Shown here: positions 10,651 to 21,389 of the stretch, one piece after another
Layout: every line of letters starts with the position of its first letter
Position numbering within the stretch: position 1 is the stretch's first letter
DNA from: an uncultured Pseudomonadota bacterium
GTDB lineage: Bacteria > Oederibacteriota > Muellerivitia > Muellerivitales > Muellerivitaceae
Direction of reading: 5' to 3'
Assembly: GCA_963843375.1 (NCBI GenBank)
Contig: CAWJKT010000008.1
Location: 1 to 64,000 of the forward strand
Length of the DNA stretch: 64,000 bases
The notes under the pieces: model-generated
Told to the model about the DNA's origin: nothing
Database searches by the model: none
What the model saw: the letters and a program-made list of their open reading frames with translations, nothing else
Translations under genes and position numbers: made by a program

Positions 10651-10823
10651 GAATTTCCTAATACTTAAGCATTATTGAAAATAACTGTGGCATCTAAAAA
10701 CGGGATAAGTTTATCACACCATTTCGGGGCAACCTTCCAAAAGTCGTTTCAAAAAAGATTAAATCTTTTTAAACGCCTTTATGGTCTCAAAAAATGAACC
10801 TGGCCCTAAAAAACATTTCCCAT

Positions 10824-13820
10824 TTAGGGAACTTCACCAAAGACCGAGGTTGGCATGACTTCTCGCTTGCCGTCGGGCTTGACCCAATAAAGGGTAAAGT
10901 TTGATAAATTGGAACCCAGTCTCCAAACATAGACATCCAAGGTGTGGGTGCCCTTAGTTAAATAGGCTTCTTGATTTTGTCCGCCCGTTACAGTCAAGGT
11001 TTTTCCATCGATCTTAAGTTCCCTTTGGCTGTCCGTTTGAAGGAAAAATAAGTAATGCCCCGCAGCCGTGACGTTAAATTTTCCATTCCAATGGATAGCG
11101 TTGGCGGGCATAGTGAAATCATTTCCGTTGGTGTAATTTAAAATCGAGTCATATTCGGATAGGTAAGGTACTTCAGTCCAATTGGGGCCGCGAAAATAGC
11201 TTCCTTTAAGACCCCTAAAGGGCGGCAAACTGTCGAAGGAACCCGCGTCTAATAAAGTTGGAACCCCTCTTTCATTCACTTGTTCAATCTGAAGATTGGG
11301 CACGATTCCTTTCGGTACATCGACATCAACCTTAACCGGATAATAACCCTTTATTAAAGTCTGGAAAGGGGCGGAAGAATGGGTCCTCCCCACTTTAAAT
11401 GTGGCCGGAAAATCCGCCTTGACCACCCATTGGTAATTTCCCGCGACGTCCACGTAAAGATGCCCTGTTAAAGTGGCATGGTAAGGCCCCTGAGGAAGAC
11501 CCAGTGGGAATTGGTTTAGCTGCTGTTCAGTTTTCCCGCCCACTTCCCGATCAAAATGAGCCCTCAATCCTCGAACCTTCGCAACTTCTTCCGCCGGAAC
11601 TTTATAAAAATATTCCACGGTATTGCCCGCCGGATCCACCATGTACTCGTCATGGCCGCCGGGGTAAAAATATTGGAGCATAGGAATAAATCCCGTCTTT
11701 CCTTCTTCCATCGCGAAGTAAAGACCGCGGGAGTTGTCAGCGCTGTGGGAAATGATGGAATCCGGCAATAGCAGGGGGAAGGTTTGCTTTTGATAGAAAT
11801 AGCCTAGAAAATCAATCGTGTAATAATTGTAATAGTCGGGCGAAACATAATAATTATAAGAACCTCCGTTTTTCTGGATTATCCTTCCCACCATCGTCTG
11901 TTGCGGGGCGTATTCATGCCAGCCCGCGAAACTTTTTGCCTGTTTGTTGAAGTAAACATCGAAATTCTGGGTAGTCATCATCAATAAAAACGGGGCTAAG
12001 AGAATCAAGAAAACCCATTCCCCCTTTTTTCCCCAAAGGTTTTGCGCCCTTGCCCAAACGGCCGAAAGAGGCACGGCCACAAAAAAAGCAATGAATGGCG
12101 TCAAGGCGAATAAGCGATTGGCATGCGCCGCGTCGACAGAAAGAATGCAAGGCAGGCTCATAACTAAAAAACCGACCACGGTGTAAAAATATTTTCGGCG
12201 CCGAACACGAAAAAGGGAATAAACAATCCCCAGTACAAAAAGAGCACCGGAAATATCATCCAGCATCCGGTAATCTTGGAGATTATGGCGCGCATTGGGA
12301 TCGCCCTGGCGGTTGAACATGATGGCGGTACGGCCGACCACCTGAAGAAATTGTTTGACTCCCTGAACCATCAGTTCATGTTCTCGGGAATTGGGGTTGA
12401 AAATAACGGGAAGACAAAAAACAATGGACAACACAGCAAATAGGGAGATCTCTTTCCAAAAAGTCCTCACCAATTTAAAGTTTGAAATAACTTCATATAA
12501 GCCATAAAGCAATATTAGTAACGGAAAAACCTTGTAGGCCTGATAGGTATAGGCGCCGGCCGCGAAAAAACCGACTGCGATTAAAATGGCCAGTAGGGGT
12601 TCCCGATTTTTCGAGGATTTAACCAAGTAAACCAAATAAGCCAGGGGAACCAGAGTTGAAAACACAGTCAAAATCGCAAACTGTAAATGCATCTCTCTTA
12701 CCCATGCAAAATATGAAAAAAAGACAAACGGAAAAACACCCAGGATAAAGAAAGTTCCCGCTCCGAAGGCCATGGCGTAAAAAGGCCACTTCTTCGACAA
12801 CTTGCTTCCATGAATGGCATAGATCAAGAAGGCAATCGTGCCGAACATATAAAGAGGCATCTGAACGGTCGGGAATCCGTTTCGGCTAAAATTAATATTC
12901 CAGCGCATGACGGCGAGAACAAATAAAGACAAAAGGGCCATTCGGGGTCCAGCCAATTGGCGAAAAGTCCAATAAACAAGCGGAAAGCCGATCAGCGAAA
13001 GAAAAACATAAAAAAGTTTTAAACTGACTTCACCCGCCCCAAACAACTTGAACCATAAAGCTAATTGGTTGAGAGCCAAGGAATAGGCGTGAAAAACATC
13101 CTCAACGTAAAAAGGATGCCAGCTCTCATTAAGTATTCGAAGGGCGGCAAGACCTTCAAAACCCTGATCAATAAACAATCCCGATGGAACAGTGGCAATT
13201 TGGTAAACCCGCATAAAGATCGCCGTGATTGCGATAAGCCAGAGAAAAACCATTTCCCACTTTAAGTCCAGGGAAACTTTCTTCAATCCCTCGCGATACC
13301 AGGGCCAAAAGCCGGCGATAAAAAGAATAATCGCTGCCAGAAAAAACCAAGTTCCCTTCGGAAAAGTGGATGCGTCTCCTGCCTGCGACCAATACCATTG
13401 ACCCACTCCGGCCAAAACTAAAGCCGCAAGAACACCGAAACCGCGCAAAAAAGACAGTGGCGTAAATCGCTTGAATGAAAGGGCGCCCCCGAATTTTGTT
13501 TTTTTGGAGGAAACAACGATTTTGACCTTGGATTTCCTAATCGGGCCGGAGGAGGCCGGCTTGATTTCAAAGGCCTTCATGATATTTATTCCAAAATAAA
13601 TGGCAAATCCTGCGACAGCGGAGACCAAAGACAAAACAATTCCGCCGATTTTGTGGCCCTCGAAAATTTCAACTTGGCCGACCGCAAAGAGGGCCGCAAG
13701 AATAAAATAAATGGCGTTCTTTAAGTTAGGATTTTCCAGAAGAGAGGTTCTTCTTTTACGAAAATTACCAGTGGTGGTTTTTTGCCCCTTTAGCTTTTTC
13801 GACCTCTTGTTCGTTGGCAA
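10824..13820 (-). CDS. ArnT/PMT-like (GT-C) glycosyltransferase with two C-terminal PA14-like domains
   Basis: PSGLFIDQG loop after N-terminal TMs, NFSRNGF, YTYQAYK, GDPNARHN; C-terminal GLKGSYF...IHWNGKFNVTAAGHYLF...KIDGK...LTKGTHTL...LYWVKPDG. Confidence 0.8.
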   Translation of the reverse strand: MPTNKRSKKLKGQKTTTGNFRKRRTSLLENPNLKNAIYFILAALFAVGQVEIFEGHKIGGIVLSLVSAVAGFAIYFGINIMKAFEIKPASSGPIRKSKVKIVVSSKKTKFGGALSFKRFTPLSFLRGFGVLAALVLAGVGQWYWSQAGDASTFPKGTWFFLAAIILFIAGFWPWYREGLKKVSLDLKWEMVFLWLIAITAIFMRVYQIATVPSGLFIDQGFEGLAALRILNESWHPFYVEDVFHAYSLALNQLALWFKLFGAGEVSLKLFYVFLSLIGFPLVYWTFRQLAGPRMALLSLFVLAVMRWNINFSRNGFPTVQMPLYMFGTIAFLIYAIHGSKLSKKWPFYAMAFGAGTFFILGVFPFVFFSYFAWVREMHLQFAILTVFSTLVPLAYLVYLVKSSKNREPLLAILIAVGFFAAGAYTYQAYKVFPLLILLYGLYEVISNFKLVRTFWKEISLFAVLSIVFCLPVIFNPNSREHELMVQGVKQFLQVVGRTAIMFNRQGDPNARHNLQDYRMLDDISGALFVLGIVYSLFRVRRRKYFYTVVGFLVMSLPCILSVDAAHANRLFALTPFIAFFVAVPLSAVWARAQNLWGKKGEWVFLILLAPFLLMMTTQNFDVYFNKQAKSFAGWHEYAPQQTMVGRIIQKNGGSYNYYVSPDYYNYYTIDFLGYFYQKQTFPLLLPDSIISHSADNSRGLYFAMEEGKTGFIPMLQYFYPGGHDEYMVDPAGNTVEYFYKVPAEEVAKVRGLRAHFDREVGGKTEQQLNQFPLGLPQGPYHATLTGHLYVDVAGNYQWVVKADFPATFKVGRTHSSAPFQTLIKGYYPVKVDVDVPKGIVPNLQIEQVNERGVPTLLDAGSFDSLPPFRGLKGSYFRGPNWTEVPYLSEYDSILNYTNGNDFTMPANAIHWNGKFNVTAAGHYLFFLQTDSQRELKIDGKTLTVTGGQNQEAYLTKGTHTLDVYVWRLGSNLSNFTLYWVKPDGKREVMPTSVFGEVP

Positions 13821-13956
13821 GATTGGCTCCTCTAATATTACTTAATAAAAATCGGGTGAAGGCGGCGTAAACAGGTTAGATTTTATTACCCAACTAACCA
13901 TGGAAAAAGAAAGATTTCGAACGATCCTCGGCCGGACCCTTCGAGAAAAGATGATT

Positions 13957-16284
13957 TTAACGCTTTTTGGTCTTAGGAGACCTGACCTTTGTAATAGTCA
14001 AGGTTTCTTTTCCCAAGATTAATGGGGTCGAAAGAACCGGAGTCCTAAAAAACCACCCTGAAATCCAAGAATTCAACCGGCCTCGGAAAATCCAAGCGAT
14101 AAATAGAATGATCCAGGTCAGTAACGAGTAAAAAAATGAACCTGTAATAATAAAAGGATGGTAAGACATTTTCACCAGGTGATGCCCGGTGGTTTTCAAT
14201 TCCACTACCCGAAATGTCGAATCGCCTTCGTAAATGGGTTCCTCATTTCCATCTACCCAGGCCTTCCATCCCGGATAGTAAGTGTCCGAAAGGAAAAGGA
14301 AACAAGGCCGATTGTTGGTGCATTCCATCTCTAGGTCGTTGAAATCATAATGGGTAATTTTTGCTTCTCCTACCCATCCCTTTGGCCAAGCGGGTTTTCC
14401 CTCAGGATCGGCGGTCAAAATGACCTCTTGGTGCGCGTCCACCTTCGAGTCGCGGATATCGTAAACCGTCTGGTCGGTATCCGGATCGACCTCATACCCC
14501 CCCACCATGAAGGCCCGGGGGAAAGCTTTCGTGTCAGTCATGTAACGCGGATATCCCGGCAGAGGTTGCCAGCGATCGCTGATTTTCCACTCGGGTCGCT
14601 GAAAACGGTAAGTCAACCGGATCAGATCCGGCAAAGGCGTTTCGTTATAGCGCCATTGCTCGGCGAGAAATTTATGGGTAGTTTCGGTAAAAATGGAATA
14701 GCCCGTCATCACGGCTGAGATCTCGAAAATAACTTCTGGATCATTAATTTCTTCCGGTTGGACCCGGGGAAAGGTTGGGTCCGCCTTTATTTTAGCCATG
14801 AGATCGGGGTTGAGCATCGAATCCGGATTCCTAATGTCATAAACGCTGGTGTTAAGGATATGTTTGATATCAAAATGCCAAAGGTCCACGAGGGTTCCAA
14901 TCAATAGAAGGCTTGGAACCCAGACCAAAAGAAAAATCCGTTTAGCCGGGGATAAGCTTTTAACCTTCCAGAATCGGATCCAACCGTCCAAACCTAACCC
15001 CGCCAGGCAACTAAAAACAAAAGCGGTTATCACCATTATCCGCCCAACGCTTCGATTGTGGCCAAAGCCAGGAAGATAGTTGAAAAAAAAGAGATAGAAG
15101 GAGTGCGTGAAGGGGGTGGAATCCCCCATAGCCAAAAGAGTGCTGAATAAACCAATGAGGAAAAGCCACCATACAAAGGGTCGTTTCGGGAAAAGCCACA
15201 ACAAACCAAAAAGTGCTAAAAAGATGGGAATTAATCCGATGTAAATAATCATCTCATGATATCCCCAACGGCCGATGTCACCGCCTGGCGTCCCCAGCGA
15301 AAAGGGCTGAATAAGAACACGAAAATAGGACGCTGAAAAGAAATCTTTCATCAAATCGTTCCATTGCCAAATCCAGCGATCACTCCATTGGGCAAATTGA
15401 TAGGCAGGGGCCAATTGACAAAGAGCGCAAGAAATAGAAATGAAAATGAAAGTTATCTCAGCCCCCAAGAGCTGTATCCAATTGATTTTTCTTCGGATCC
15501 AGCCCCAACCCAGTAATAGCCCGCTGAACATCATGGCATACATGCTAATTTGAGGCATGCCCTCCAGAAAGCAAAACCCCATGGCAACTGCGGCCAAAAT
15601 AAGCATGGAAGGGATTCGCTTATCCGTGAATCGCTTTACGCCAAATAAGACAAGTGGAATCCAGCAAGCCGCCATTACCATCAAAGGATGACCAGCGTAG
15701 AAGTGCCCCATAAAAAAGCCCGAAAAAGCGAAGGCGAATCCACCCAAACATGCCCCCACCCAACCACAACCCAAAGCCCTAATGAATAGGTAGGTTCCAA
15801 AGGCCGATATAATAAAGTGGAACAAATAACTCAAAGTAAGGGCGTAGGCGATCGGGAAAATAAGGAATAAAAAATTAAAGAGTGAATAGGGACCAGGACT
15901 ACACATGGCCACGAAAGGTTGGCCTAAACTTGTATAAGGATTCCAGAAGACCGGGTTTCCTTCTTTTAGGCCCTGTATCCAACGGTACTTTAAGGCAAAA
16001 GCGTTGGCGATGTCTCCCTGGCCCGGAACAGAATCCGAATGGACAAGCAGACTCCACAGAATGATGACCGCGAATCCGCTGAAAAGGGAAAAAGCAAGGA
16101 AAGCACCTTTATTAAAAATCTTAGCTGGGGCCTCAGATTCAATGGCATCTTCTTTGAGGAAAGTCTCCAAAAACCAAGAACGAACAAGCGTCCAACGTCC
16201 CGGTAAAGGAAGCGGCTCTTGGGGAACGGGGTCGGCCACCACAATTTTGGCGCGAATTTTACGTTTGATAATTCTTTTCTTCAC
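13957..16284 (-). CDS. YfhO-family GT-C membrane protein
   Basis: VFWNPYTSLGQPF, FAFSGF, YIGLIP, FPRAF, LSDTYYPGWKAWVDG and C-terminal TM are characteristic of YfhO. Confidence 0.85.
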   Translation of the reverse strand: MKKRIIKRKIRAKIVVADPVPQEPLPLPGRWTLVRSWFLETFLKEDAIESEAPAKIFNKGAFLAFSLFSGFAVIILWSLLVHSDSVPGQGDIANAFALKYRWIQGLKEGNPVFWNPYTSLGQPFVAMCSPGPYSLFNFLFLIFPIAYALTLSYLFHFIISAFGTYLFIRALGCGWVGACLGGFAFAFSGFFMGHFYAGHPLMVMAACWIPLVLFGVKRFTDKRIPSMLILAAVAMGFCFLEGMPQISMYAMMFSGLLLGWGWIRRKINWIQLLGAEITFIFISISCALCQLAPAYQFAQWSDRWIWQWNDLMKDFFSASYFRVLIQPFSLGTPGGDIGRWGYHEMIIYIGLIPIFLALFGLLWLFPKRPFVWWLFLIGLFSTLLAMGDSTPFTHSFYLFFFNYLPGFGHNRSVGRIMVITAFVFSCLAGLGLDGWIRFWKVKSLSPAKRIFLLVWVPSLLLIGTLVDLWHFDIKHILNTSVYDIRNPDSMLNPDLMAKIKADPTFPRVQPEEINDPEVIFEISAVMTGYSIFTETTHKFLAEQWRYNETPLPDLIRLTYRFQRPEWKISDRWQPLPGYPRYMTDTKAFPRAFMVGGYEVDPDTDQTVYDIRDSKVDAHQEVILTADPEGKPAWPKGWVGEAKITHYDFNDLEMECTNNRPCFLFLSDTYYPGWKAWVDGNEEPIYEGDSTFRVVELKTTGHHLVKMSYHPFIITGSFFYSLLTWIILFIAWIFRGRLNSWISGWFFRTPVLSTPLILGKETLTITKVRSPKTKKR

Positions 16285-16321
16285 TCGTTTCTCCCTCCCC
16301 CAAAAAAGGGGGACAAATTAT

Positions 16322-18817
16322 TCAATGAACGGTTATAGACGGAATAGCCGAGGTATGGTTTACGTCCGAGCCTAATGAAAGTTCATCCAAGGATTTATCC
16401 CATCCACTTGAAACGGAATGAACTCGAACCGTGGGAAATTGGTGTTCTTGATAAAAGGCCGTCAAAATCTCGATTGAATGCTTTCCAACAGCAAGGTTCA
16501 AATCGGCCTTTCTTGGAGTATTGTTTTCGGGACTCTTCATTTCTAATACTTCCCTTCCATCCACCCATAACTGGCTGGTATTGGCCGTTTGAAAGCTGAC
16601 CTCATATTCACCGGAGATATCCACATTCCATTCCCCAGTAATCTGGCCATCGTAACCGCCTTGGGAAAAAGTGGGCGGGGCGGGATCATTCCATCGAGCC
16701 ACCCGATCCTCGAATTGGATCATTCCTCGGCCTAACCCTAATCCAGCGTAATACCGTCGGAACCAATCGGTGGCAGGTTTATACCTGACATAAAAATAAT
16801 CGGTGGGGTTTTGCGACAATTTTTCAAAAGGAACGATGATCCATTTAAGGGAGGTGACGGGCCAAACGCTTACCCTCTCATGCCAGGTTTCCTCGGGGAA
16901 AGCCTTGCTTAATTTTTCCTTCGCGGAATCGTCCCCTCCCCAAATAACAATCGCCAAGTCCTTTCCCTTTTCCCCTTCCACGAGATCGATGGGATTAGAG
17001 TCGATTGCAAGATGAGCGTCCCTTCCCTCGCAAACCAAATCCAATCCGCTTTCCCCAAAATGGGAGGGGCACTCAACCAGGTAGGCCCTTTTCCCGGCAA
17101 TGGAGGGATCATCCAGAACATCTTGTGCCAGGGTATCGTTCCAGCGCATATTCATCCATTTTTCCAAGATTTGGACATTCGTGACCAGAGACCAAACTCC
17201 TATCCCCAAAAGAAGAATTGTTCCCCATCTTGCTCCATTGCGAAGCCGGGAAAAACGGAAAGCTTGCCACAACCGATAAGCCCCCCATGCCGCTATCAAA
17301 TACATGGGCAAAAGAGTTGCCATAAGCCGGTTGGAATGGGCGCCGTGGGTCACGAAGAAGGCGGCATATCCCACGAAAAAAAGCCCCAAGATAACGCCCT
17401 GGATAAGGCGGGGCCGTGCCAGGAAAGACGCCAGGGCCGCCAATCCAAAGGCAGAAACAAAGAAATCCATGTAGGAATCCCCTTTCATGGGGGGGATATT
17501 CCAAAACGGATTCGAATCATCCCAACTGAAAAGTAGCTTGAACCCATTCCAAAAATTCGCCATGCAATATTGCATGGCTTCCATTTTGCTTAACCCGAAG
17601 CGGGGATGGAAAATGGCCATTTCATTGGGATGGGCCGAGTATCCGGGCTGCATCCAAAGGGGTGTCAACAATAGGGCCGTCAACAGAGACCCTGTTGCCC
17701 ATTTCCAAACCCAATCTTTTCCCTGGCTTTCAAAACCTAGGCGCAAATAGAGCACTCCCAAAATCGCCAAGATAATCCAAAGACCCCATCCCGAAGTGAA
17801 GAACTGCACCCATCCCCATTCGTGGGGAACGATGAGGTTTACGTATAGGAAGGCAAAGGTCCACCCTCCCATCACGGCGAAAGCCAAAGCCCAGCCCATT
17901 CGGTTTCTGGGTCTTAAATTCGGGCGCCAAAGCATCCAAAGCCATAAACCACCAATTATGGCTGGAGTCCATAGGCGAAAAGCCACATAAAGATAGGATC
18001 CCAGGGTCAGGGCTAATCCCCACTCGATGAAACGGGATAATTTGGGTTCCTTCAATAGTCGCAATAGAAATAGGACTACCAAGGCACAGGCCAATACATC
18101 TGTGTGAAAGCCAAAATTGATTTTTGATATTTGGATGAGGGTTTTACTAATGGTACCCATCGCCATAAGGATCAATCCCATGCGACGGCCCGCTACTTCC
18201 TTGCCGAGAAGGTAAAAGGACCAAAGAATGAGAAGGTCCACAGCGACACAAGAAATCCGCATGCCCACTATGGCTGTGGCATGCGGAATAAGGGACCAGA
18301 TTGCGGCGGAAAAATAAGCAAAAAGCGGTTCCCGTGGGCCATAAGGCAGAAGAATGGGCCGATCCCCAGCCACCATGATTTGCAGCGCCTCATTGGCGTA
18401 AATCCAATGGTCGTTGTCGATACAACCTGTAATCCGATGAAGGTCATAGAGCCTCAATATGGCGCCCAGCAAGAGTAGAGCGAAAAAAGCTGGACGGGAA
18501 ACAAGGGGACTGACATCTCCTTCAGGCCCGCTTTCGGGGATTTTTCGGAAGAAATAAATCATTCCAGCGAAACCCAGTAAAAGAAGGGGATAGTAAGGAA
18601 GATGAGAAAAAAAATCCCAACCTGGAATGAGAAGTTGGGCATTGGGTAGGGACAAGAGAGCTAGCAACCCTAGAACCCAGGAAGCAATTAATCCCCATAG
18701 GATCAGGGATTTCACCCTCACGTCGGTATTCGCAATCACCGAGACGGGTGTAGTAGTTTTCTTTATCCGAACCGATTTACGCCTGGGGATGGCTTTGCGT
18801 CTTTTGGGCGATGCCAT
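16322..18817 (-). CDS. ArnT/PMT-like GT-C membrane protein with C-terminal PA14-like domain (paralog 1)
   Basis: LRLYDL...DNDH, REPLFAY, LGKEVAGRRMGL, YLYVAFR; tail GEWNV...GEYEV...LWVDG...LAVGKHSIE. Confidence 0.75.
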   Translation of the reverse strand: MASPKRRKAIPRRKSVRIKKTTTPVSVIANTDVRVKSLILWGLIASWVLGLLALLSLPNAQLLIPGWDFFSHLPYYPLLLLGFAGMIYFFRKIPESGPEGDVSPLVSRPAFFALLLLGAILRLYDLHRITGCIDNDHWIYANEALQIMVAGDRPILLPYGPREPLFAYFSAAIWSLIPHATAIVGMRISCVAVDLLILWSFYLLGKEVAGRRMGLILMAMGTISKTLIQISKINFGFHTDVLACALVVLFLLRLLKEPKLSRFIEWGLALTLGSYLYVAFRLWTPAIIGGLWLWMLWRPNLRPRNRMGWALAFAVMGGWTFAFLYVNLIVPHEWGWVQFFTSGWGLWIILAILGVLYLRLGFESQGKDWVWKWATGSLLTALLLTPLWMQPGYSAHPNEMAIFHPRFGLSKMEAMQYCMANFWNGFKLLFSWDDSNPFWNIPPMKGDSYMDFFVSAFGLAALASFLARPRLIQGVILGLFFVGYAAFFVTHGAHSNRLMATLLPMYLIAAWGAYRLWQAFRFSRLRNGARWGTILLLGIGVWSLVTNVQILEKWMNMRWNDTLAQDVLDDPSIAGKRAYLVECPSHFGESGLDLVCEGRDAHLAIDSNPIDLVEGEKGKDLAIVIWGGDDSAKEKLSKAFPEETWHERVSVWPVTSLKWIIVPFEKLSQNPTDYFYVRYKPATDWFRRYYAGLGLGRGMIQFEDRVARWNDPAPPTFSQGGYDGQITGEWNVDISGEYEVSFQTANTSQLWVDGREVLEMKSPENNTPRKADLNLAVGKHSIEILTAFYQEHQFPTVRVHSVSSGWDKSLDELSLGSDVNHTSAIPSITVH

Positions 18818-18820
18818 AAG

Positions 18821-21370
18821 TTACTGGCCCCCAGGCGTGGGTGTGGTTCCAGGGCCCTTGGGGGAAGCGCCTAGAGCTAGTTCGTCCAGGGGAACTTCTC
18901 CTGCCGCTCCAGGTGCGGTGACCATGATAAGAGGAACCTGATGCTCGGCGGCAAAAGCCGTTACGAGTTCCACGTGGTGGGGCCCCGCCGTCAGGTAAAC
19001 TTCTTGTGTTTTCGGCCGACTTTCATCCGGTTTCATTTCCAACTCTTTTTTCCCATCCAAGAAAAACCGGACCACATCCCCAGTGGTGAGTGCCAATTTG
19101 TATTCCCCAGGCGTTTGGACGTTCCAATCCCCTTCCACCCGCATGGAATTATTCCAATCAATAAATTGGCGGGGAGGCAAAGAATCATTCCAGCGAGCCA
19201 CCCGGTCTTCATAAAGAATCAACCCGCGGCCCAATCCGTAATAACCATAGCACCTGCGCCTCCAAGTTTGGGGGGAAACACGTCGAATGTGGAAAAAAGC
19301 CTTCTCATCCTGGGGTATCCGGTCAAAGGGGATCTCTGTCCACCACATATAAGGAATATCGCCCTCTCCTTGCAGGTAATAGAGTTTCTTTTGCCATTGG
19401 ATTCCCGGAAATTCCTGTTCCACTTTTTTTTGGCTGTCGACGTCCCGGCCCGCGACTAGAATGGCCAAGTCCTTACCTTTTTCGTCCGGAGTCAGGTCAA
19501 TACTGTTGTTGTCCGTCGTTTGGAACAAATCGGAACCGTCGGCCAATACCATCATGGCGCAAGCGGCATAAAAACCTGGATTATGTTCCACGATATACAC
19601 CCTATGATCCGGCATTTCCTTTCGGGCCTGATCCCAAACAATGGTGTTTTGGGCCTCTTGGGCCATCCACTCCCAAGTGAGCTTATGGTTTTGAATTGCC
19701 TCCCAACCCAGGCCCAGTAACAAAGCCCCAATAAAAGCCCCCTGCAACCACTTTCCTGACCGGGTTTGAAGGAGGGCCAGCCAAAGACGGTTGACACCCC
19801 AAGCGCCAGTCAAGAGCAGAGGCAAGTCGCAAATGACGTAACGGAAGGAGTGGGGCCCATTGGAAAGGATGCCAGCTACCGTGCTGACCAAAAAGAGCGA
19901 AACAATGAAAGCGGAAAGCCAACTTGGCCTGGCGATAAAATAAGCCGCTCCTAATAAGGCGCAAGCCGCTACCATGAACTCGTAAAGCGAATCTCCGATC
20001 GCGGGCATACGGGAAACGTGATCTACTTGGCCGAACAAAAGCTTAAAGGTAAAAGATGTATTTTCAAGGACCTTATTCCATCCTTGGCCTGGTGCGGTAA
20101 ACTTCGAACTGAATGCCGAGATATCCGCTACGTGCTCTGAATAATGAGGATGAAGGTAAAAGGGCGCCATGATCAGCGCTGTCAAAAGGGCACCCGTCGA
20201 CCAGCCGAAAAGCTTGCTGAATCCTTTTTCTTTTTCTTCCAAGAAAACCTTCACGTAACTTCCAATCAAAACCAGGGCCACAAGAATGGCGCCGGGACCG
20301 GAAAAAAAACGAACCCAGGCGCTATTTTCCGGCAGGAAGGAATTTTTATAAATGAAAAGGAATGCCCAAGCCGCCAGGAGACCCGGTCCCAGAACCAACC
20401 GAAAGGGTCCGAATCTTCTTTCTTTTGGATCGCTGAAGACCCATAAACAAACCCCACCCAAAAAGACCGGAACCCAGGGCCGAAAAGGAACGTAAGCATA
20501 AGCCCCGAAGCCTAAAGCTGCGCCCCATTCGAGGAAATGAACCATGTCAGGCTTCTTGAGAAGACGAAGAAAGAAGAGGGTCGCAGCCGCGCTGGCTAGA
20601 ACTGCTGTATCATTGCCATACTCAAACTTGGTAACCATGACCATGGTCTTGCAAATAGATCCCATGGCCAAAAGCAGGAGACCCATCCGTCGTCCGCCGA
20701 TTTCCTTGCCCAAAAGATAAAAAAGCCAAAGTGCCGCCATATCGATGATGACGGAACTACACAAAACAACTACTTGCCCCGAAGCCTTGGGAAACGGCAA
20801 CCAAAGCAATGCGCTCAAATAGGGGAAGAGGGGCTCCCGCCAACCGATGGGAAAAAGAAAATAAAATTTGTGGAAATCCAGCAGGTTGCGGATGTCGGAA
20901 TCGATGGTGTAATGGTCGTCCCAGAAAAACCCCACGGGTTGGTGAGGATTTTCGAACCGGAAAAAGGTTCCAACGGCCATAAAAAACCAGAATCCGGCTC
21001 GGGCCGTCCAAACCGGAATATCCCACTCCCCATCTTTGATGGGCGGAATCAGCCTGAAGAGGACCACCAACGCGATGAAACCAACCACCACCAACAAATT
21101 CCCGGGGAGCCGGGCAAAAATGTTATCGGGGGGGAAAGCCTGGATTTGATTGAGGATAAAAGCGTTTCCCTCATGAAAAAGCAGGTTGTAATTGGGGAAA
21201 GCAAAAAGGCCCGCCATCACCGTCAACCAAGCGGCGAGAAGGAAGAAGAATTTATCCAGGCTTAAGGGAGCCTGTTCGGGCACTGATATTTTAACCACGG
21301 ATTTAGGAGAACGGCTGACGGGCCTTTTTTTGGCAACTAATTTTTTTTTCGACGTTTTTCGAACTGCCAT
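18821..21370 (-). CDS. ArnT/PMT-like GT-C membrane protein with C-terminal PA14-like domain (paralog 2)
   Basis: FRFEN...GFFWDDH, REPLFPY, LGKEIGGRRMGL, YAYVPFR; tail GDWNVQTPGEYKL...FLDG...LTAGPHHVE. Confidence 0.75.
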   Translation of the reverse strand: MAVRKTSKKKLVAKKRPVSRSPKSVVKISVPEQAPLSLDKFFFLLAAWLTVMAGLFAFPNYNLLFHEGNAFILNQIQAFPPDNIFARLPGNLLVVVGFIALVVLFRLIPPIKDGEWDIPVWTARAGFWFFMAVGTFFRFENPHQPVGFFWDDHYTIDSDIRNLLDFHKFYFLFPIGWREPLFPYLSALLWLPFPKASGQVVVLCSSVIIDMAALWLFYLLGKEIGGRRMGLLLLAMGSICKTMVMVTKFEYGNDTAVLASAAATLFFLRLLKKPDMVHFLEWGAALGFGAYAYVPFRPWVPVFLGGVCLWVFSDPKERRFGPFRLVLGPGLLAAWAFLFIYKNSFLPENSAWVRFFSGPGAILVALVLIGSYVKVFLEEKEKGFSKLFGWSTGALLTALIMAPFYLHPHYSEHVADISAFSSKFTAPGQGWNKVLENTSFTFKLLFGQVDHVSRMPAIGDSLYEFMVAACALLGAAYFIARPSWLSAFIVSLFLVSTVAGILSNGPHSFRYVICDLPLLLTGAWGVNRLWLALLQTRSGKWLQGAFIGALLLGLGWEAIQNHKLTWEWMAQEAQNTIVWDQARKEMPDHRVYIVEHNPGFYAACAMMVLADGSDLFQTTDNNSIDLTPDEKGKDLAILVAGRDVDSQKKVEQEFPGIQWQKKLYYLQGEGDIPYMWWTEIPFDRIPQDEKAFFHIRRVSPQTWRRRCYGYYGLGRGLILYEDRVARWNDSLPPRQFIDWNNSMRVEGDWNVQTPGEYKLALTTGDVVRFFLDGKKELEMKPDESRPKTQEVYLTAGPHHVELVTAFAAEHQVPLIMVTAPGAAGEVPLDELALGASPKGPGTTPTPGGQ

Positions 21371-21389
21371 TATTCCCTCGCTTTAAAAC

